Part shown: positions 1 through 11,366 of the stretch, piece by piece
Numbering within the stretch: the stretch's first letter is position 1
How the letters are laid out: each line of letters opens with the position of its first letter
Source of the DNA: Utricularia gibba
Taxonomy: Eukaryota; Plantae; Magnoliophyta
Reading direction: 5' to 3'
DNA: 64,000 nt
NCBI GenBank assembly: GCA_002189035.1
Contig: NEEC01000008.1
Coordinates: 1,240,001 to 1,304,000 of the forward strand
Translations under genes and position numbers: made by a program
Notes under the pieces: model-generated
What the model was told of the DNA's origin: nothing
Databases searched by the model: none
The model's input: only the letters and a program-made list of their open reading frames with translations

Positions 1-3000
1 AAGTTCACGGTTATGAGTCCTTCCACTGTTTCTCGATTTACGTCTACTATTTCTCCGTCTCCGCCTCAGTTTCTGAGCAGATTGAGCGATTGCAAGAAAA
101 GTAAACTTACCCATAATTTCCCCTTTTTACTAGAAGATGGTGATGGGAAAGCTGGTGGGAATACAAAAAGAATCAAGGAGGTTCTCTGTAAACCAACACG
201 GAGAAATCCTTTGCTTATTGGGGCGTGCGCGGGTGATGCATATACCCATTTTCTTGATTCCATGAAGATTGGTGGAAATGGAATCCTCCCTGATGAAGTT
301 AAAAGCATGAATTTGGTGTCTCTGGAACATGAAATTTCAGAATTCTTAAGTGGGCGTTTAAGTGATGTAGCGATGGAACTGAAGTTAAAGCAATTTGATG
401 ACAGTCTCCCGGGACGTGGAATTCTTGCGCATTGTGGTGACTTAATCGCACTTGTGAATGCTCAATCTGCCGATCTTGTTTCGTGCGTGGTTACTAAACT
501 GAAGAAATCAATGGTGAACCCATGCCGGAAGCTTTGGCTGATTGGATTCTTGGTTGGTGATGATGTCTATAAGAAATTGCTAGAGCGTGTTCCTTCTCTA
601 GAAACGGATTGGGATTTGAATCTGCTTCCCATTACATCCTCCGCTATTGGAGAAAAGTGCCTAAACCCCAGGTCTGTGATCCATTTTGTTATCCTTTTTC
701 TCCTTTCGTTCTTGTGAACTGTTTGATTTTGGAACTTCATTTTGAGGTCCTCGGAATATTAGGATAGCAAGGATGGGTTTTGCTGCCTTCAGCATTTTGA
801 AACATACGACTTGGGATTGCAAATAGACTTGCATGAGAGCTTAAAAATGAAAACGCTTTGACCCTTGTTCGCTGGTTATGGTTTGAACATGAAACTTAAG
901 AATAGTGATATAGGGCCTGCTGGGGTGAACCCGTATCCTGCATTTTAGTATTTGCATCTTTGACTTCCTAACTTTCCCTTCTACTCTCTGCATTTGTGCG
1001 TGACTCTTACCCATTTTGTGATAATCCTTGCAGCTTAATGACGACATTTGTTCCCTTTGGGGATTCTTTTCTGCCAGGTCTGAGCGTGGAACCATGCGCC
1101 CCAATGCAAATATACTGTTGGAACTATGTGAGTGGTGCAATGAGCAGTACAAGCAAGAAGTTTCGGCAGTTTATAAAGGAGAACTTATGGACACTGCTGT
1201 TAAGCAGCCAGAAAACCAGTATTCATCTTTGCAAATAGGTAAGATATCCAGTGCTTTGGTGGTTAGTCAATCATTTGAAGCATGAATGGCTTATGCTGTG
1301 AATTTTCAGTTGGAAGATGCATCATAAATACAGCCTCTGTCTTTTTCAGTGCAGATCAAAGAAGGGAATTTAGAATTGAGTACTAGGGTCGCTGCGCTGC
1401 AAAGAAAGTGGAGTGATGTTTGCCGGAGGCTTCATGCTTTTAAAAAATCTGGTGGGTGTTTTTCCCTCAATGGATCCGTGGTTCCTAGTGAGAAGAAGCT
1501 CCCATTTTCTAAAGATTGTGAGCGAGGGGATGTATCACATCAAATCATTGCAGCACAAAATATAGATTTGAATGACATCCACCAAAGCACACAAATGCCA
1601 ATGGCCTCTAAGTGCTCCAATCTTGTGGGCATAGATTTGAGGCTTGGAACACATCTTGGATTTCTAGATGAATCTCCAAGAAAGCGAAAAGCAAGAGAGG
1701 ACGATGGTGGGAAGTCTGTTGATCATGCAACCCATTTATCATTTCTTTCTGGTCATCTTCGCAAACAGGCGTTTGGAAAGGAATTAGAAGTTCCTTGGAA
1801 TGCTTTGGCCGAGATGGTTTACTGGCAAGTGGATGCAATTCAGGCTGTCCATAGAGCCGTGACACGTTGGAGGCACGAGGAAAACAAGGGCTGCCTTTGG
1901 TTCACTTTTCTAGGACCTGATAAAGTTGGAAAGCTGAAAACTGCTGCATTGCTATCTGAGATTGTTTTTGGACCAACTGGGAACTTTGTGTGTCTTGATC
2001 TTAGCATGGAGATTGCGATTCAGACATCCAAGTCTATTGTTGATTGTTACCACTCCAAGGTGTTGAGCCTGAAACCTGGAAGGAAACTAGTAGTTGATTG
2101 CATTGCTGAAGAGTTAAGAAAGCACCCTAACTCGGTTGTGTTCCTTGAGAATGTCGACAAGGCAGATATCTTGATTCAGGAAAGCTTATCCCTGGCTATC
2201 AAAACGAGGAAATTTCGAGATTCCTGTGGCAGGAACATCAGCATCGAGGGCACCATCTTTGTTCTTGAATCTACCATCTTAAGGATGAGTACAGAAAAAG
2301 ACACCATTGAGGAAGATGCACCCGAGTTTCCCATGGAAAAAGTCTTTCAATCCAGGAATCTACCGATGCAACTTTCAGTTGGAGCTACCACCCACAGTAT
2401 GTCAAACAAAAACTACCCAGCCCGTGTTCTGATAACTGGGCATGATAGTCAAAGAAGCTTGGCAAATAAAACGAAGATGTTAGCTAGCAATGGGCTCTGT
2501 AGATCCCTCATCGACTTAAACTCACCAGTTGTTGAAACTGAAGTGGACATGGATGCAGCAGGTAGTAGAGAAGAGATTGATGCTCGTGAAAAGGGCAGCC
2601 CGACGGATTCTGAGCCGTCATCGTCGTCCTCCTCCTCATCAATTCTGTGGTTGCAACAACTGCTACCGCATGTGCAAGAGAACGTTGTGTTCAAGCCTTT
2701 CAATTTTGATTCTGCTGCACTAGAAGTAGTGAGGGAGATTGATCTTCTGCTACGCGAGGATGGAGTTTCTCTAGAAATCAACGAGCAGGTAATGTGCCAA
2801 CTGCTTGCAGCTGGATGGTTAGCTGAGCACAAGAGGGCGTTCAGGGGTTGGCTTGAGGAAGTCTTGCGCCAGAGCGTCGTGGAAATGAGAAGGTGCATCT
2901 GGTCTGCTTCTTCGAGCACCCAACTGGTGATGAAATTGGAACATCATCTTCAGGGATCCGCCGCAGAAGAGCAGGCAGGGGGGTTATGCCTCCCCGCCCG

Positions 3001-3019
3001 GATACATCTCATCGGTTAA
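1..3019 (+). CDS. SMXL7: SMAX1-LIKE 6/7/8 (D53-like) ClpB-related strigolactone-signalling repressor, 5' end outside the window
   Basis: Exons <1..671, 1034..1238 and 1350..3019 with GT-AG ends. Motifs: DWDLNLLPITS, SLMTTFVPFG/GFFS, CEWCNEQYKQEV, LQRKWSDVCRRLH, FLGPDKVGK, VVFLENVDKAD, and C-terminal LCLPARI. Exon 2 needs one extra base (G run at 1059-1062) to keep frame. The exact paralog among 6/7/8 is unresolved. Confidence 0.9.
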
Positions 3020-3812
3020 AGCGTATACTTCTGATCGGCGGAGGAGCTACGGGGTCTGCTTTGCGGTGTAGATTCGATATTTATGTCTTCGTTGTCTAAA
3101 TAGAAGAGCTTGTGTGTGAAGGGGAGGAGAGAACGCGTCTGTGCTCGTAATGCTGTTGGACAAGACGTTTTTTTGCATCCTGTGTAGGTACGGCGTCGCT
3201 GGTTCTCAACCGCCGTTCATTTCTGTAACAGAGTCTTGACTCCGGTGGGCGGTCGTTGAATGGCGAAATTTTGATTTCAAAATTTTTCTATTTTTTTTTC
3301 AGTGTAGTCTTCGAAATTTTAAAGAATTCCAAATAATACAAAAAATTTCCAAATAATATAATTGATTTTTAAAGAATTGATGTTCATTTCCACTAATAAA
3401 TCATTTAGAGGAAATTCCCATAATTTTAAAATCAGGTGAAATTATTTTCGGGCTTGGGCTTTAGGGAAGAGTTGGTACTGGGCTTTCGATGGTGTGCAGG
3501 CCCAAATTGAAACCTTCGGTATTCTTCTTTCCAGTTTGAGTTGTACGTTGAGCGGGTGCTGGTCTTTGGCTGCGCCATTCACTCACGGTTTCTGTTGTTG
3601 GATCTTCAGTCAGGTACTTGCTTTCTTGTACTCTACTTATTTTGCAGTTTGTGGTTATTTTTTCTCTGTTGATTTTGATTCAGCGGTTTCAGGTTTGTGA
3701 AAGTAAATTAGCTGCTGGTTCTCGTTAAACTATTTTACAACCAATTTAGCAAAAGGGTTTGCCATTCAGGGAATGCTGTGATTTTTGTCTCTGTGGTTTC
3801 GTGGATGTTGAA

Positions 3813-6107
3813 ATGAAAGCAGTTAGGACATTGAAGAAATTGACCGAGCTTACAAATTTTTTCACGACAACTCCACCTTCTGTTTGCCGTTTCTACGCTG
3901 CACAGCCTCAGTCCATATACCCTTATCCACCTAATTCTGAAGAAGACAGTTCCGTATTTGATAGCTCCCACTATGATGATGGTCATTGTGACTTCGATAA
4001 TGATTCCAAGGGAACTCCAAACTGGGATCCCAAGTATAGAGATCGAGTGAGCAAAAAAGTTTTGGGTGAGGATACTTCTCTTTCTAAAATTTTGATCAAA
4101 GAAAAAGAGAAGAAAAATAAGGCCGCCGTTCTTGCCAAGGCTTTGCTTGGTGATGATGTGGATGAGCACGTGAGCGAGGAAATAGATGTGGGAGAGGTGA
4201 AGGTGGAGGATCAGAAATCCCTTTCTGTTGGCATTATTGGAGCTCCTAATGCTGGAAAGTCTTCGCTTACTAATCAGATGGTTTGTTTCTCCCTCTTTAG
4301 AAGTAAAGAGTTGTATTTGATGACTATCACTATTCTGTAATGATTTTAAGCGAAATAGCTGGTGCCTATGTCGTTAGTGATAAGTTGTGCATTGGTCATT
4401 GAATGTCGTTGTTCTGGCACTGCATCACTGCTGTATTGGTTGAGAAGTCTTCCATTTATTGATGATGTCGATGATGGTCTCATTTCTACATCAAATCTGT
4501 TTTCCCCTTTGGTGCCTTGTATCAGGAGATACATGGAAAATCCATACAATTGGTATTCTGCAATTGATCTTTTTGATGATAATCTATGTCTATTGTAGGT
4601 TGGGACTAAAGTCTCTGGAGTTTCAAGGAAAACAAACACGACACTTCATGAGATGCTGGGTGTCTTGACTAGGGGAGACACCCAAATAGTATGTACTTTA
4701 CCATGGTTGTTCATGAACGCTCTTCCAGAAAATAAGTTTTGGTTGCGCTTCAAGATTAGGACAGTATCCTGTAGATTTAATTAGTGCATATCTGTTTGAT
4801 CCGTTTCTGCTTTTGCTTTTTTGAATGCAGTGCCTCTTTGACACACCTGGACTCATGCTAAAGAAAAGTGGATTTGCGTACAATGATATCAAAATTCGAA
4901 ATGAAAGTGCATGGAGTTCAGTTAACCTATATGATTTGCTCGTAGTTATGTTCGATGTTCATAGACATCTTACCAGGTCACGATTTGTTTTAAGAAATGT
5001 GTTTTTGTTCCTGGTTTGTTCTATCTACTTGATCGCTGTCTGCTTTCTGTTTCTTTCATTTATAGTCCTTTAGGCTATACATTTTACTTTATAACTCCTT
5101 TTTGTTATATTTTATATATCCCTGTGCACTCTTCATCCTCCCACTGGATTTCTCATCAGAATTTTTTTGAACCAGACCTGATTCCCGGGTGGTGAGATTG
5201 ATAGAAAGAATGGGTTCAGATAACACTACTCAGAAGCGTGTCTTGTGTCTAAATAAAATTGACATGGTTCCTGAAAAGAAGAAATTACGTAAAGTTGTTG
5301 AGGAGTTTCAAGACTTGCCTGGTTATGATAGGTAATGCCTTTTTTTTTATCTGCTAGCGACTACTACTCTTCACCACCTGCATCTGTCATGCCTATTCAA
5401 TTCTGTAGGCACTTCCTGGTCTCAGGGCTGAAAGGCACTGGAGTAAAGGATCTTAGTCAATACTTGTTCAAGCAGGTAGTTCATGTATGGCAACTTTTTC
5501 GTTTGGATTCACAATCTGAAGCTGGCCTGTTGATCTTCATGCGTAGGCTGTTGTAAGGCCATGGGACGAAGACCCAGTTGCCATGAGCGAAGAAATCATG
5601 AAAAACATATCATTAGAAGTCGTAAGAGAGAAACTGCTGGACCATGTCCATCAGGTCAGCCTTCTAAGGCTTCATTATGCACTCGGATCATCAATGCTAG
5701 GTATAGATGTAAAGATAATGGATGCCATTTCTTTTCTGGGAATCAGGAAATCCCTTACAGCATCCAGCACCGGTTGATGAACTGGAAAGAGTTGCAAGAT
5801 GGCTCCCTCAGAATCGAGCAGCATTTTGTCACTGACAAGCTTAGCCAACGCAAGATCTTAATAGGCAAGAATGGCTCCAAAATAGGGTCAGTATGTTTCC
5901 TCCTCTTAGCACCAACTGCAGCGTGGCTGAAGAATCTATGTAGCCCTGGGATCACTATGGCCACATAGACATCGTTGTTGAGGTACTTGCAGAGATGCTG
6001 ATGTGTTGTTGTGTGGATACAGGAGGATAGGCATTGAAGCAAATGAGGAGCTGAGGTCTATTTTCAAGAGGAATGTCCACCTTGTTCTTATGGTTACACC
6101 CAAGTGA
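3813..6107 (+). CDS. ERG: Mitochondrial Era-like GTPase with KH domain
   Basis: Eight GT-AG exons: 3813..4280, 4599..4688, 4831..4976, 5176..5331, 5409..5475, 5547..5654, 5747..5886, 6023..6107. G1 GAPNAGKS, G3 DTPG, G4 NKID, and the KH region EIPYSIQHRLMNWKEL...ILIGKNGSKIG. Confidence 0.93.
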
Positions 6108-6771
6108 TGCTCGGGAAACTGAAGAAGAATCGAATGGCAGGCACCTTATGTTAGTTTCCCGTTGCCAGAAACATCAATTTTCGACGCTATCATAGAAGAA
6201 AGTGTTGCGGTCCGTGCTGTATAAATTAACATTAGAATTTGAATATTTAATTGATTAATTATGTTTTTTATACCACATATTGCATGCTGCGGCAAAGAAA
6301 ACTGTATTTCCATTCATACTTCGATTTGTACATGTTACAAAAAGATAACCTCTAATATACCCGTTATTTATAAAATACTTGTATAACAAATTTGTATTAT
6401 TTTAATTATAAATAGAAAGTATTTTAATATTATGATATTATTATTACATTATCTATTTTTTTAAATATGAATAATTTAAATACTTCAGAGGTCGTTGAAA
6501 AGGACTGATTTTATTTAACAACTATCTAATGTAATTGCTTAGGAAAAAATATTCCCAAAAATTCCATAATCGGGCGGCAGCAACGCTGATTGTTGATCTC
6601 CAGGAATGTCGGTGGGCGTCGGTCTACGCACGGTGTCGCCCTGTCCGTGGACGGATGCTGCTTTGTGAATTGTATCTACTGCGGTCGGTAAGACGTCGAG
6701 CAAAACTGAGAAACCACTAGAAAATCCTGGCACATTTTTCTCAGCAAGAACAGAAATCATGTATGTATACA

Positions 6772-6861
6772 GGCCTCAGAGATCTTGGTGGATAAAAGTC
6801 ATCAGATGGGCAACAGTGTTTCCCATCAAGAGTAGCAAATATCATACTCGCATCATCGGCC
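6772..6861 (-). ncRNA. U24: Box C/D snoRNA U24
   Basis: Minus strand reads GGCC-GATGATG(C box)...ATATTTGCTACT-C-TTGA(D')...TGATGA(C')...CCACCAAGATCT-CTGA(D)-GGCC. The two guides are complementary to adjacent 25S segments AGUAGCAAAUAU and AGAUCUUGGUGG, the known U24 targets. GGCC/GGCC terminal stem. Confidence 0.9.
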
Positions 6862-6999
6862 AAAAAGAGACTCTGTTTGCCTACAGAAGCGCACTCCTCA
6901 GAAAACACTGACTCGCGTAAAATTTTCGGAACTTGACTAGAAGATGAAATTGATTTAAGTCACACACAGCAATCGAAGTTGAAAAAAGGAAACAGATTC

Positions 7000-7071
7000 G
7001 GGTCAGAAGTAGCTGGTTGAAATATCACAGAGTGAACTCATTGGGAATCCGTCTGATTTGTTCCTCATCCC
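7000..7071 (-). ncRNA. Box C/D snoRNA with two 25S guides, probably plant snoR12
   Basis: Minus strand reads GGG-ATGAGGA(C box)-ACAAATCAGACGGATTCCCA-ATGA(D')...GTGATA(C')...AACCAGCTACT-T-CTGA(D)-CCC. Guides match 25S AGUAGCUGGUU (11 bp) and GGGAAUCCG(A)CUG (one mismatch). The name rests on recall of the plant snoR12-U24 cluster. Confidence 0.82.
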
Positions 7072-7400
7072 CGAAAATCCTTCACCGAAAAACGAGAACC
7101 GCATAAAATTTAGAAATGTATCTACCTTGTCACCGAAAATCCTAAAACAAAAAAGAGGATGAATTCGGAGCTAAAGGCAGATTCGAAATCGTAAACATCG
7201 AGTTCGAAAACTTTCATATCGCCTGACGATAGATCCATCGGTCCACTCGCAATGCACCAACGGATTGCAATATCAGGCTCCTCTCCATCCTCAACAGAAA
7301 CAAAGACGAGAGAAGGCGCAGAAGCAATAAGCGCGACACAGAAGAACGACCTAGGGTTATCAGCAGAATTGCTTCCTCGCTTGATAGTTAACCGATACAT

Positions 7401-7464
7401 TTATATATATATAGACGATTTTAGGGTTTCTCATCAATAAAATGTAAGCCCATGAAACGGCCCA
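7401..7464 (-). promoter_or_regulatory. Telo-box plus site II promoter of the snoRNA cluster
   Basis: TAGGGTTT at 7422-7429, AGCCCA at 7447, GGCCCA at 7459, and a TATA-like (TA)n at 7401-7413. This combination is typical of plant ribosome-biogenesis and snoRNA promoters. Confidence 0.7.
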
Positions 7465-8238
7465 ATCGACAAGCCTGTCAATGCCATTATTCCATGATTC
7501 TCTTAATCATTTCTCAAATTATTATATATATAATTTTTTAAGTTTATTAAAATTTCGAATTTATTTAGTTGTATGTATTAATTTTTTATTAATAAATTAT
7601 AAATTTATAAAAATACTTTATTATTTAACTATATTATTTACATATTAATTGTTCATTCTTTATTATTATTATCATAATACTACAATAATGTATATTGATT
7701 CTGATGCAGGGTAACTAAAAAACGATAAACCTTGCCTTTGCACCATATGTGGAATGTGGTGCACAACTAAATTATTTACAATATTTATATTTTACATGAA
7801 GTACATATTTTTTATTTTATACTTAAATATTCAAACCCATTTTTATATTTGAAAATGGAATATTTGACTATAAGTTAGCAATGTGGGATTGTCCTCAGAT
7901 GCTGGTGCTTAATCATTTGGGGAAATTTTATCGAAATTTAAAAGATTGATTCAAGCTTGAAAGGATTGATAAGGGATAACCTTGAAGGGAACCACCAGGG
8001 AAAACCGTATCAAGCTGAGACTGCCAACCAGGAAGAACATGAAAACAACACAAAGGTGATGGAAGAACTAGGAACTTGCAAAGCAAAACAAAAAAGACTA
8101 CAGATGATATGCATTGCAGAGCCATCGGGGATTTTCTCTGTCGGCACCATGTTGTGTCACTTGGGCAGAGTTGGGGCGGGGAACTGCTGTTTTTCTTGGG
8201 CATTCCGGTGAGCACTCAGGCCGCCCTCCATGTCGAAG

Positions 8239-11200
8239 CTAGAAACCATTGGCCACTCTACTATGGGCAACATGCTTCTTCTCTACAACCGATGCTACTG
8301 CTTTTGTAGGCTTCACATCGTCCCCGGAGGTTGCAAGCGATGAGTTATCAGTCGCCTTGCAGTCACCGTTTGACACAAGAAACTGCGATTCAACTGAATC
8401 AGAGACCAATTCTTGTGAGTTTTTATTCTTATCCTGAGTATTCTCATCTGCCGGTTTACCATCCCATACTTGAGCCTGGATTGATGCACATGGAGATTAA
8501 AATGGCAAGTCCAAGGCAATCTAAGGAAGGCTACAGAAAATTATAGTAATGCCAGTAGAACCTGTTTTTGGAACTGCCGCAGCTTCCCTTTCTTTTCCTG
8601 AATTCTCTTCTGGCGTTCCTCATAAAAGTCAAAATCATCAAGTACACATTGCTTACAAGGGTGGTCTTTGAATATCTTGAGAATCTTGAGCCCCTGCTCC
8701 AATTTCACCTGCGCAACCAAACGAAATTACGTCAGACGTATTTCATTGCAACATAAAAAGACTTTCAGTGAATAAACTGGGAAGCAAGAAAATCATATGC
8801 TGCAATACTACCTCTTGGGTATCCCTACTATTGGTGACGGGCTTGTTCTCATTGTTTTCAAGGATGATATGCTTCAACACACTGTTGGATACATCCTTGA
8901 CAATATGCCACTTCACCGGGAAGCAACCACTCCACTTGTCTTGCTGCCAGTATTCTACACTCTTGTTGAAATCAACAGCGCCAACCATCTCTGCAACCCC
9001 AACAAATTGACCGCTGGTATTGACCTGGAAGAAAAAAATTTCTTTGTGTACGCATTAAAAACATATAAGCAAGTGGCTGCTGTTGACACAGTTTGTTCTT
9101 AAGCTCACCGAAAAGAAGAGAAAAACTGGGCAATCTCCAGTCTTCTGTTGAGCTTCCTGGAATGCAGCATTGAGCTTTTTGTTACCATTTTCAGTGCTCG
9201 ACCACATATTATACTTGATACTCTTATGAATATCATCCTCGCTGTATGACTTAATAACAAAAAACTTCGCATCAGAGTATTCTTCAGGGAAATCCTGTCT
9301 GTTGTATTGCTCGCGATCAGGAGTTGTAGCTGATTTTTCACTGTCCACACCTCCAGATAATGGTATGCTTTGTCCCTTGACAGCCAAAGCAACTTGAGTA
9401 ATGCCCTTGGTATTCTTGGAGCTTTTGGTTCTAGGTCCCCTGTTCAATTCATTCAGGCCATCCATGCTCTCACCTCCATACACATACAGGGCGTTAGCTC
9501 TTCCTCTGGGCTTGTATTTGCCATCAACTGCCATCCAGCCACGCCCATTAGCTCTTGAAGCATAATCATTTGATCCATAACCCACTCCAGATCGGTAAGT
9601 ACTTCCATACTGGCTATATAACCTGTTTGGGTACATCCTATTCATATATCCGCTTGCAGGGTTCAAGCTGGCAAGCGGCCTTGGGTGGTGCAAGCCCTAA
9701 ATATGTAGAGGAAAAAAAAACACATTAAAATGCTTATTTGATGGGATCATTACACTGGTATCGAGTGTAAATGATAAGATGTCAAATGACATGAATAAAA
9801 AGTAAAACGAGTGGCATCCCCAGAACATACCACCGAGGCACGTAAACCTTGATTCCTAAATGGAGGAATTGTATTCGCGTTTGGAATGGTAGTAGCCATG
9901 GACGAACTAGTCACCAGCCTTGGCTGTCCATCCGAATAATATGTGCTCTCCAGCCAGGGGATTGGAGAATGTAGGCCATCAAATGCATATCTTGGATCCT
10001 GAAAACTGGAAGCAAGTATCCCTCCAGGCATTGATGCTCTTCCATAAGAGTTGTTTGGACTATAAGACGAGTTGGGATATCCTGGTTTGGAATGCATGGT
10101 ACCATTATTACTCTTCGCACCACCAGCAGACACAACACCACTAGATTTGGGATTAGCAGAATCCACTGGCAAAGGAGCTTGATCACTTGGTGAAGAAGCA
10201 GCCAACTCGCCTTTCGTGGGGCTGCAGGGTTAGTGAATGCGCCACTGGTTGGTACCATCGACTGAAAGTATGGACTGGGGTACTGATACTGCTGCGCTCC
10301 ATAGAGCTGACCATCATGTGCCAGTGTCGGGACCATAGAAGCAGCACCAGGTGAATATGGAGGATAATGACTGTAGCTATAGCCGGGGTGGTACATAAGA
10401 GAAGCTCCTTCCCCATAGGCCGTCACCCCATCAGGACTCATGAATCTTACCATATCCCATTCAGAACCATCATATGCTGGATCATACAAATTAATTAAGT
10501 TCCGTGTGAATTCTTGAAAACATGAATATGAAGCATGAAGTATATAGGACTGAAATTTACCTCCGTAGTAGCACCCAGCTGGGGTGTAGCTATTTGGATG
10601 GTAGCACACCGTCGGATCTGTAATATCAGGTAAAAGGGTGTAGTTGATTGATCTGGCCGAACCCCACCAGCGATATTATTGGAATCAACTGATATCTAGT
10701 TAAAAAAATATCAAATCTAGTAAGTCAGACACACTAGAAAGAAATGCGGACCAATCAAACACGAAACTCCAAAATACAGACCTTTGTCGAACCTGGAACC
10801 TCTATAGCATTTGCCCTTGAATCCAATGATATTTTCTGCAGCATGTCTGCTGCTTCTGAGTCACTCAGTAAAGGAAATTCGATAAATCAATTGTAGAAGC
10901 ATGGAAAATAATGACACAGACCAGAAATTACAATCATGATACTATCAATCTCAAATATTTTGCACCAGGAAACACAAATCTAGGTGCATCCCCGTTTACT
11001 CTCACTCCCAGTAATGCGCTGAGCGAAGACATCATATAGGTATCGTCCACATACGTCAGCAGTTAAAACAAGCTGAAAAAATATTCTCTTGCAATAGTAA
11101 ACTCCAAATTAAACCAAATCTAAAACCCCTCTCCCCTACCCAAAAAGATCCAGATGCGGGAAAAGAAACACAGAAGTTGTCAATAAGCAATAACACAAGC

Positions 11201-11366
11201 GCCAACTAGGCATCATATTCATGGTGCTAGATCTGCCAGTACGAAACACGCAAGAAAAAAAAGCCGAAAAGCAAGAAACGAATCGAAACCTAGAAAGGAG
11301 CTAAAAAGAAAAAAATAAATAAATACAAAAAAGGATACGATCTGCAGTAGGAGCGACAGTCGCCAT
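8239..11366 (-). CDS. ECT2: YTH-domain m6A reader, ECT2/ECT4-like
   Basis: Start MATVAPTAD|[12 protein letters not shown]. Tyr/Pro/Gln-rich IDR. YTH domain [31 protein letters not shown]...[22 protein letters not shown]...NSRDTQE. Ends VANGF* at 8239. Intron 1 is U12-type. Two single-base frameshifts at ~10635 and ~10220. Confidence 0.92.

Noticed and set aside
2449-2919. 156-aa minus-strand ORF
   Set aside because: Antisense to the SMXL C-terminal exon.
7881-7891. snRNA USE-like ATCCCACATTG with a downstream TATA (minus strand)
   Set aside because: The downstream sequence is AT-rich and resembles no U snRNA, 7SL or telomerase RNA.
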